NCBI GenBank assembly: GCA_965261455.1
Contig: OZ253453.1
Coordinates: 3,511,372-3,575,371 of the forward strand
DNA length: 64,000 nucleotides
Reading direction: 5' to 3'
Source of the DNA: Dehalococcoidia bacterium
Lineage (GTDB): Bacteria; Chloroflexota; Dehalococcoidia; SHYB01
Position numbers and translations under genes: made by a program. The notes beneath the pieces were generated by a model, which saw only the letters and a program-made list of their open reading frames with translations, did not search any database and had not been told where the DNA came from. Position 1 is the first letter of the stretch. The number at the start of each line of letters is the position of its first letter. Below, in pieces: positions 1 through 6,450 of this stretch.

Positions 1-810
1 CATCGCCCCCGTCTTCCCGAAGCCCGTGGCCACTTCATCGGCGATGAGCAGCACGTCGTGGCGGCGGCACAGGTCGGCGACGTAGCGCAGATGCCCCTCC
101 GGCGCGACGATGATCCCCCCCGCGCCCTGCACCCGGGGCTCGACGACCACCGCCGCGATCTCCTCGCCGCGCGCATCGAGCAGCGTCTCCAGCGACTCGG
201 CGCAGGCCAGGGTGCAGCCCTCCGGCGGCGCGCAGCGGCCGCACCGCAGCGCGTAGGGGTTGGCGAACCGCAGCGGCTCGAACATCGCCGCCTCGTAGGG
301 TTTGCGGAACGGCCCGTCGCCGCCCAGCGACGCCGCTCCCAGTGTGTCGCCGTGGTACGCCATGTCCATCGCGACCAGGCGGTTCCGCTCGGGCCGGCCC
401 ACGTTCACCCAATACTGGAGCGCCATCTTCAGCGCCGCCTCGACCGCGCTCGCGCCGTCGGAGCTGTAGAAGAAGTGCGCTAGTCCTTCAGGGACGTGCC
501 CCGCGAGACGCTCGGTGAGCTCCAACGCCGGCGCGTGGCCGATGCCCAGCAGCGTGCTGTGCTGCAGACGTTCCGCCTGCCGGGTGATCGCCTCAACAAT
601 ATGCGGATGGCTGTGGCCGTGGACGATGGCCCACAGCGACGCCACCCCGTCGATATACTCCCGCCCCTCGGTGTCGATGAGGCGGTTCCCCTCGGCCCGT
701 TCGACAACCAACTGCGGCTCGCGGTCGAAGCGGGCCATCGGGGTGAAGGAGTTCCACACACTCGCCGGGCGCTCTTCCCCTTCGTCATTCCCGCGTAAGC
801 GGGAATCCAT
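1..810 (-). CDS. bioA: adenosylmethionine-8-amino-7-oxononanoate aminotransferase (BioA), 3' end truncated by window edge
   Basis: Minus-strand translation from ATG at 810: MDSRLRGNDEGEERPASVWNSFTPMARFDRE... continuing to ...HDVLLIADEVATGFGKTGAM (class III aminotransferase PLP motif) at the window start. Lies immediately downstream of bioB. The six-frame track does not list it because the stop lies outside the window. Confidence 0.85.
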   Translation of the reverse strand, partial: MDSRLRGNDEGEERPASVWNSFTPMARFDREPQLVVERAEGNRLIDTEGREYIDGVASLWAIVHGHSHPHIVEAITRQAERLQHSTLLGIGHAPALELTERLAGHVPEGLAHFFYSSDGASAVEAALKMALQYWVNVGRPERNRLVAMDMAYHGDTLGAASLGGDGPFRKPYEAAMFEPLRFANPYALRCGRCAPPEGCTLACAESLETLLDARGEEIAAVVVEPRVQGAGGIIVAPEGHLRYVADLCRRHDVLLIADEVATGFGKTGAM

Positions 811-833
811 CCCCTGCCCCCGGCGGCGCTCCG

Positions 834-1826
834 TCACTCTTCTTCGACCTCGAACCCCATGTCCTCGAGCATCTGTAGGGCGTCCTTCGTGCTCTGCCCC
901 GGCGTCGTCAGATAGCCCTCGACGAAGATCGAGTTCGCCGCGTAGAGCGCCAGCGGCTGCAACGAGCGCAGGTGCAGCTCGCGCCCGCCGGCCACGCGGA
1001 TCTCTCGGTGCGGGTGCAGTAGACGCGCCAGACACAGGATGCGTAGACAGTGGTGCGGCGTGAGCCGCCACGTCCCCTCCAACGGCGTCCCATCGATAGG
1101 GTGAAGAAAGTTGATCGGTATCGACTGCGGGTCCAGATCCCGGAGCGCCAGCAGGACGTCGATTACGTCGTCGTCCGTCTCGCCCATGCCGAAGATCGCC
1201 CCGCTGCACAGATTTAGCCCCGCCGCCCGCGCCGCCTCCAGCGTCTTCACCCGGTCCTCGTAGCCGTGACTGGTGACGATGCTCGGCGTGAACCGCTCGC
1301 TGGTGTTGAGATTGTGGTTGAGTTGATCGACGCCGGCTTCCTTCAACGCCCGCGCCTTCTCCTCGTCGAGCAGCCCCACGCAGGCGCAGATCTTGATGTC
1401 GACCGCCTCGCGGATGCTCCGCGTCGCCGCGCTCAGGTACTCGACCTCGCGCCACGACGCCCCACGCCCGCTCGTCACGATGCAGAACCGCTTCGCCCGC
1501 GACTGCTTGGCCGCCCGCGCCTCTTCGAGCAGCCGCGCCTGGCTTACCATCGGATACTTCTCAATCGCCGCCGTCGAGACCCGCGACTGCGAACAATACC
1601 CGCAGTCCTCCGGGCACAGCCCGCTCTTCGCGTTCATTAATACGTGGAGGTGCACCTTGACGCCGCAGAAGTGCCGACGCACCCGGTACGTCTCCGCCAC
1701 CAGTCCCAGCACGTCCGCATCCGCCGCCCCCAGCACCGCGGCGCACTCCCCGCGAGTCAACGCCTCCCCCGCGATCGCCTTATCGGCAAGCGCCGCGAAG
1801 CTCGTGGTCTGGGGCGTGGTTGTCAT
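834..1826 (-). CDS. bioB: biotin synthase (radical SAM)
   Basis: CPEDCGYCSQS radical-SAM cysteine motif; full-length BioB-like sequence; followed by bioA in the same orientation. Confidence 0.9.
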   Translation of the reverse strand: MTTTPQTTSFAALADKAIAGEALTRGECAAVLGAADADVLGLVAETYRVRRHFCGVKVHLHVLMNAKSGLCPEDCGYCSQSRVSTAAIEKYPMVSQARLLEEARAAKQSRAKRFCIVTSGRGASWREVEYLSAATRSIREAVDIKICACVGLLDEEKARALKEAGVDQLNHNLNTSERFTPSIVTSHGYEDRVKTLEAARAAGLNLCSGAIFGMGETDDDVIDVLLALRDLDPQSIPINFLHPIDGTPLEGTWRLTPHHCLRILCLARLLHPHREIRVAGGRELHLRSLQPLALYAANSIFVEGYLTTPGQSTKDALQMLEDMGFEVEEE

Positions 1827-2158
1827 GGGTTCAGGCGGCCAGTTTGAGAGTCGCTACGGGAGCGGTCGCGGGCGACCGCGACTACAGTATAGGCGCTCGG
1901 ACTAGGTTAGCCTTCCTTGAGCGTGGGCATCCGAAGACCCACCGTCCCACACGAGTAACCAGGCCCTAGAACGGTATTATTGCGCTGGGTCACCCAGCGC
2001 CTTGCGTAAGGAAGTCTAGGTCTCCGCCCACTCCCCTCTTGCGCAATAGTCCAAGCAGACCCATGCTTCCCTTTGACTACCATCGTCCTCCTTTCTCGAG
2101 CTTGTTGCTTGGTCACTAGGGGTGACGCGGTCGTCTCCCTTCCTCCCGAAGGCGCGCC

Positions 2159-3259
2159 GTGACCCTCATCGATCAGCAGACCCGCCGCCGGATCATGCGG
2201 ACTGGGCTCACGGCCCTGGGCCGGCAGCGCGCCTGCCCCGGCCACGTGCTCTACACGCCTATGAGCGGCGATGGGGATGTCTACCTGATCGACCTTGAGG
2301 GTGAAGTAGCCCACCGCTGGGACCTGCCGCACCCGCCAGGCCCCTACGGCTACCTTCTGCCCAACGGCAACCTGTTCTATCTCGCCCGAGTGCGGGACGA
2401 GTCGTGGGACCGCTTTCCCGCGTGGAACCGGTTCAAGGGCGGCCTTATCCAGGAGATCGATTGGGGCGGCAAAGTGGTCTGGGAACACCGTGACCCGGAC
2501 CACCATCACGACGCCCGTCGCACGACGTCGGGAGGGGCCCTCTACCTAGCCCTGGAGCGAGTTCCCGCCGACTTGGCGGCCAGGGTCCGGGGCGGCGTCC
2601 CCGGTAGCGGTGGGGACGGCATGTGGGCCGACCGCATCCTTGAGGTCGATGCCGCGGGGAGACAGGTCTGGGAGTGGAGCGCCTACCGTCACCTCGACGT
2701 TGAGACCGACGTGCTCCCCCACAACGTCGACCGGACCGAATGGAGCCACGCCAACACCGTCGTTCCCCTGGACGGCGACCGAGTGATGGTGAGTCTTCGC
2801 CACATCTCCACCGTGGCTATCATCGACAAGAGCAGCGGCGACATCGTCTGGAAACTGGGTCCCGAGGTGCTCTCTCATCAGCACGATCCGAGCATGCTGC
2901 CCAACGGCAACATCTTGGTCTTCGACAACGGGGCGCTTAGGCAGCGGGTCCATCGGCCCTACTCCCGGGTCATCGAAATCGAGCCGGCGACGAAGGAGGT
3001 GGTGTGGGAGTACGTGGACTCGCCTACCTACAATTTCTTCAGCCACGCCATCTCGGGGGCGCGACGGCTGGTCAACGGCAACACGCTGATCACCGAGGGC
3101 AACTTCGGGCGGATATTCCAGGTCACGAGCGAAGGCGAGGTGGTCTGGGAATACATCAGCCCGCACTTCCCGAGCGGCTTCGGCAACGTGCCCGAGAACA
3201 TGGTCTTCCGGGCGACCCACTACCCGCCGGGCTCGATACCGGCCCTGCCGCGAGGCTGA
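2159..3259 (+). CDS. arylsulfotransferase (ASST)-like beta-propeller protein, possible Tat/Sec signal (RRRIMRTGLTALG)
   Basis: 366-aa ORF with repeated LPNGN...W(E/V)W blades; N-terminal RR motif; family assignment is from pattern memory only. Confidence 0.45.
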   Translation: MTLIDQQTRRRIMRTGLTALGRQRACPGHVLYTPMSGDGDVYLIDLEGEVAHRWDLPHPPGPYGYLLPNGNLFYLARVRDESWDRFPAWNRFKGGLIQEIDWGGKVVWEHRDPDHHHDARRTTSGGALYLALERVPADLAARVRGGVPGSGGDGMWADRILEVDAAGRQVWEWSAYRHLDVETDVLPHNVDRTEWSHANTVVPLDGDRVMVSLRHISTVAIIDKSSGDIVWKLGPEVLSHQHDPSMLPNGNILVFDNGALRQRVHRPYSRVIEIEPATKEVVWEYVDSPTYNFFSHAISGARRLVNGNTLITEGNFGRIFQVTSEGEVVWEYISPHFPSGFGNVPENMVFRATHYPPGSIPALPRG

Positions 3260-3262
3260 CGG

Positions 3263-3628
3263 CTACGGGTGATGGACGATCTCGATGCGATGGCCGTCGG
3301 GGTCGTAGATGATCAGCGAGTCTGAGCCATCGTAGTCGCGCTTGCGGGGCTCGCCGTCGATGTCGACATCCGTGGCCCGAAGGACCCGGAGAGCCTCGTC
3401 GAAGTCGCCGACCTCAAGGGCGAAGTGGCGTTTCGACTTGACCCTTGGCTCGGACAGTACGGTGACATGAAGCTGCTGGCCGTTCCCGAGCTCGAACCAC
3501 GCGCCGTCGTCGCGAATCTCGGGACGGGGAAGCTCGCGGAGACCCAGCACGCCGCCGTAGAAGCGGCAGGCCCGCTCCAGGTCGTCCACGTAAATGGCGA
3601 CATGGTGGTAGCCCTGAACGTCGATCAT
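3263..3628 (-). CDS. VOC/glyoxalase-family protein
   Basis: MIDVQGYHHVAIYVDDLERACRFYGGVLGL... typical glyoxalase/bleomycin-resistance fold start; internal ATG at 3628 preceded by AAGGGGA RBS. The listed 158-aa ORF is an N-terminal over-extension. Confidence 0.7.
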   Translation of the reverse strand: MIDVQGYHHVAIYVDDLERACRFYGGVLGLRELPRPEIRDDGAWFELGNGQQLHVTVLSEPRVKSKRHFALEVGDFDEALRVLRATDVDIDGEPRKRDYDGSDSLIIYDPDGHRIEIVHHP

Positions 3629-3752
3629 GACCGTCCCCTTCTGCAGTCGGTTCCATTCTAGTCGGGCGGCGCAAATGGCGGCGCGCCAGCGCCTGGGGCG
3701 ATTTTGTGCGAATGACCTAAAGAGCCCGACGCCAAACACGCCCCGCCCGCGC

Positions 3753-4112
3753 TGCCTCCTGTAGGGGCGTCCCTTGTGGGCGCCCTCCGGCCTCCCGAGG
3801 AAGACTGAGAGCGGCCTCCGCCGCCCCGTTGGCGTCTATTCCGCCGGCGCCGAGAACACCAGCGCCGCGTTCTGTCCCCCAAACCCAAAGGAGTTGGACA
3901 GTACGAGCCCCAGGGGCCGCCGGAGCGGAGCGCCCCGCACGCAGTCGATCGCCAGGCCGTCGTCGAGGTGCTCGCAGTTGATGGTTGGAGGCACGGTTCC
4001 CGAGGCGATGGCACGCGCCGCCGCTGTCCCCTCGGGATCGGGGCGTGTCTCGTGGAGGCCGTCGGTCGTCGCGCCGTAGCCGGAGAGCTCGGCGTAGATC
4101 CGCGCTCCAGCG
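3753..4112 (-). pseudogene. displaced/duplicated 3' fragment of a fabF paralog (KAS II C-terminus plus ~75 bp downstream REP), with an internal ~220-bp deletion relative to fabF
   Basis: Nucleotide homology (~85-90%) to 5088-5340 and 5558-5655. The minus-strand frame encodes AIASGTVPPTINCEHLDDGLAIDCVRGAPLRRPLGLVLSNSFGFGGQNAALVFSAP versus FabF ...AIVSGTVPPTINCEHLDDGLSIDCVRGAPRQGSLRLVLSNAFGFGGQNAALVFSAPPR. The deletion junction sits at a GATGGC microhomology. Confidence 0.6.
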
Positions 4113-4115
4113 CCC

Positions 4116-4620
4116 CCCGCCAGCCAATTTTCCGCGCCAATGATACTTGACAGGCCTTGTCAAGGGGGTTTATCGTTACCGTAGCGAACATGTGTTCTCC
4201 GCTGAGCGTCCCAAGGAATGCATGTTCCGCGCCTCCCGCAAGGGAGCGTGCACCTGCGCTGGGCCGCCCTCTAAGGTAGTCCCAGCGCCGCGCCTCCCGT
4301 AAGGGAGCGTGCACCCGCGTTGGGCTGCCCTCTAAGGTAGTCCAGCGCCGCGCCTCCCGTAAGGGAGCGTGCACCCCGCGTCGGCAGACCCCCTTCGGGG
4401 GCCTCCCCCGGCGCCGCGCCTCCCCGCGAGGGGAGTGTGCAACTGCGCCGGACCACCCATCAGTGCGTGTGCCGGCGCGCGCCTCCCCGCAAGGAGAGTG
4501 TGCGACTGCGCCAGGCAAAGGCCCTCCGGGGCCTTGCTTGGCGCGCCCCGCCCAAAGGTAGACGTGCGCCCAAAGCGCGCGCCCCGGCCCCTAGCGAAAG
4601 CCTCGCGCCCCGCGAGGCGG
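4116..4620 (+). repeat. structured repeat element, copy A. It has a boundary motif GGCGCGGAAAATTGGCTG, a near-palindrome CTTGACAGGCCTTGTCAAG, a Cheo-like box, and five degenerate ~60-bp tandem units (4229-4512) each containing a CTCCC-GNRA-GGGAG hairpin. It continues into a hairpin-rich leader ending at the RBS of the 4625 gene.
   Basis: Direct reading. Units begin at 4229, 4290, 4350, 4416 and 4479. Loops are GCAA/GTAA/GCGA with compensatory stem changes (CTCCC/GGGAG versus CTCCCC/GGGGAG). An inverted second copy lies at 26270-26745. Confidence 0.6.
4185..4198. promoter_or_regulatory. candidate LexA (Cheo-type) operator CGAACATGTGTTCT
   Basis: Perfect match to the Gram-positive/Chloroflexi-type consensus CGAAC-RNRY-GTTCG half-sites (GAAC-N4-GTTC), located ~430 nt upstream of the terS-like gene and just 3' of the TTGACA-containing palindrome. 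Confidence 0.4.
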
Positions 4621-4624
4621 AAAG

Positions 4625-5062
4625 GTGAGACTCATGCCCCACAAGCCCCGATCTTCCTCCCGCAAGCGGAAGATCACCGTCCGAGCGCGGCAGCGCATCT
4701 TCCTCGATAGGTTCGCCGCCGTCGGCGTCATGACCCCAAGCGCCGATGCCGCCGGCCTCCCCCTCAAGACCATCGCCCAATGGCTCAATGATGACCGAGA
4801 CTTCCGGGAAGCCTTCGACGAGGCCAAGCTCCGCTTCCACGATCAGCTCGAAGAGGCAATCGTCAACCGAATCAATGGCGTCGATCAACGCAGGAACGAC
4901 AACCTCCTGCGTTTCAAGACACAGGCCGAGCTCCCCGAAAAGTACGGCCGGCCGGGGAAGAAGCCCAAGGAGAGAGACCACCATTGTCTGACCTGGGACG
5001 ATCTAGAGCGCATTACCGAAGAAGCCAACGCCGAAGCCGCATCCAGATCGCCCGCCGCCTAG
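4625..5062 (+). CDS. phage small-terminase-like HTH protein (N-terminal HTH domain typical of TerS / prophage small DNA-binding proteins)
   Basis: Pattern F-L-x2-FA-x2-G-x4-SA-x-AAG-x4-T-x3-WL-x2-D-x2-F-x-EAFDEAK...LEEA common to phage terminase small-subunit HTH domains; AAAGGTGAG RBS; basic N-terminus. Confidence 0.5.
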   Translation: MRLMPHKPRSSSRKRKITVRARQRIFLDRFAAVGVMTPSADAAGLPLKTIAQWLNDDRDFREAFDEAKLRFHDQLEEAIVNRINGVDQRRNDNLLRFKTQAELPEKYGRPGKKPKERDHHCLTWDDLERITEEANAEAASRSPAA

Positions 5063-5162
5063 TCCTTTCTGCGAGACGGAGCGCATGCGCCTCCTGCAGG
5101 GGCGTCCCTTGTGGGCGGCTCCCGAGGAAGACTGAGAGTGGCCTCCGCCGCCCCGTTGGCGT

Positions 5163-6395
5163 CTATCGCGGAGGCGCCGAGAACACCAGCGCCGCGTTCT
5201 GCCCCCCGAAACCGAAGGCGTTGGACAGCACCAGCCGCAGCGAGCCCTGACGCGGAGCGCCCCGCACGCAGTCGATCGACAGGCCGTCGTCGAGGTGCTC
5301 GCAGTTGATCGTCGGAGGGACCGTTCCCGACACGATGGCCTTGACCGCCGCGACGGCTTGGGCCGCCCCCGAGGCGCCCAGCATGTGCCCCGTCATCGAC
5401 TTCATCGCCGTGACCGGGAGGCCGCCCAACGCCTCGCCGAGAGCCGCGCCCAGCGCCCGCACCTCCGCGGCGTCGCCCGCTTGGGTGCCGGCGGCGTGGG
5501 CGAAGACGGCGCTCACCTCGCGGGGCTCCGCCTCCGCCTTCTCCAGCGCCCTCCCGATGGCGCGCGCCGCCGCCGCTCCGTCGGGATCGGGGCGTGTCTC
5601 GTGGAGGCCGTCGGTCGTCGCGCCGTAGCCGGCAAGCTCGGCGTAGACCCGCGCTCCGCGTCGCCGCGCGTGCTCGAGGTCCTCCAGCACCAACGCCGCG
5701 GCCCCCTCTGCGAGCACGAACCCATCGCGGTCGCGGTCGAAGGGCCTGCAGGCGCGCTCCGGCTCATCGTTGCGGCGCGACAGCGCTCCCAGCGCGTCGT
5801 CCCCGGCCAGGGTTAGCGGCGTCACGCACGCCTCGGCGGCCCCCGCCAGCATCACCGACGCGTCGCCCCGCCGCACGATCTCCGCCGCCTCGCCGATGGC
5901 GTGGCCGCCCGTGGCGCACGCCGACGCGATGGCGAAGCCCGGCCCCCGCAGGTCCAGCAGCATCGCCGCCTGCGCCGCCGCCATGTTGCTCAGCATCCGC
6001 GGGATCAGGAAGGGGCTCACTCCCTTGGCCCCCGCGCCGAGCGCCGACGCGGCCTCCAGGGCCGAGCTCTCGCCCCCGTGGCTCGATCCGAGCACCAGAC
6101 CCGCTTCGTAGGGGTCATGGCCTTCGATGCCGGCGTCACGCCACGCCTCCAGCGCCGCGGCGGCGCCGAACCAGGCGTAGCGGTCGAAGCGCCGCGCCCG
6201 CCGCCGTTCGACCTCGGCGGGCGGCTCGAAGCCGACGACCTCGCCGGCGATGCGGACGGGAAACGCCGAGGCGTCGAACAGGGTGATGGGACGGACACCG
6301 GAGCGCCCCGCACAGAGGGCCGCCCAAAAGCCGGCCACGCCGGTGCCCACCGGGCTGACCACGCCCAAGCCGGTGACCGCGACCCTACGGCTCAT
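5163..6395 (-). CDS. fabF: beta-ketoacyl-ACP synthase II (KAS II)
   Basis: Active-site Cys in ASACATGG, catalytic His residues (HETRPD, GHMLGASG), C-terminal NAFGFGGQNAALVF; start taken at MSRRVAVTGLG (the listed ORF starts 7 codons earlier). Confidence 0.85.
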   Translation of the reverse strand: MSRRVAVTGLGVVSPVGTGVAGFWAALCAGRSGVRPITLFDASAFPVRIAGEVVGFEPPAEVERRRARRFDRYAWFGAAAALEAWRDAGIEGHDPYEAGLVLGSSHGGESSALEAASALGAGAKGVSPFLIPRMLSNMAAAQAAMLLDLRGPGFAIASACATGGHAIGEAAEIVRRGDASVMLAGAAEACVTPLTLAGDDALGALSRRNDEPERACRPFDRDRDGFVLAEGAAALVLEDLEHARRRGARVYAELAGYGATTDGLHETRPDPDGAAAARAIGRALEKAEAEPREVSAVFAHAAGTQAGDAAEVRALGAALGEALGGLPVTAMKSMTGHMLGASGAAQAVAAVKAIVSGTVPPTINCEHLDDGLSIDCVRGAPRQGSLRLVLSNAFGFGGQNAALVFSAPPR

Positions 6396-6450
6396 GTCCG
6401 CAACGCCACCACACACCTCTCCCCCTCGGGGGAGACTGAGAGAGGGCCGT
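6396..6450. repeat. REP-like palindromic element (CCTCTCCCCCTCGGGGGAGACTGAGAGAGGG)
   Basis: Inverted repeat TCTCCCCC-tcg-GGGGGAGA. The same family occurs at 5090-5160, 26746-27172, 32290-32530, 35790-35830 and 44578-44640. Confidence 0.4.

Noticed and set aside
1827-2158. BirA operator or riboswitch in the bioB-ASST intergenic region
   Set aside because: There is only a perfect hairpin GCGCTGGGT-ca-CCCAGCGC (1982-2000) and loosely similar AGGTTA/TAACC words ~57 bp apart. No convincing 40-bp BirA-type inverted repeat or known riboswitch core was recognised.
4229-4512. CRISPR-like array (five ~31-bp repeats with ~30-bp spacers)
   Set aside because: Spacers are not unique (spacer 1 is nearly the same as spacer 2; copy B has its own duplicated spacers). 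Repeats are degenerate. All spacers end in GGCGCCGC, so the true unit is ~60 bp. No cas genes nearby. It fits a tandem structured repeat better.
4116-5162. Intact mobile element (IS/transposon/prophage)
   Set aside because: No transposase or integrase ORF, and no terminal inverted repeats typical of IS elements. Only a terS-like gene and repeats remain. It is treated as a decayed remnant.
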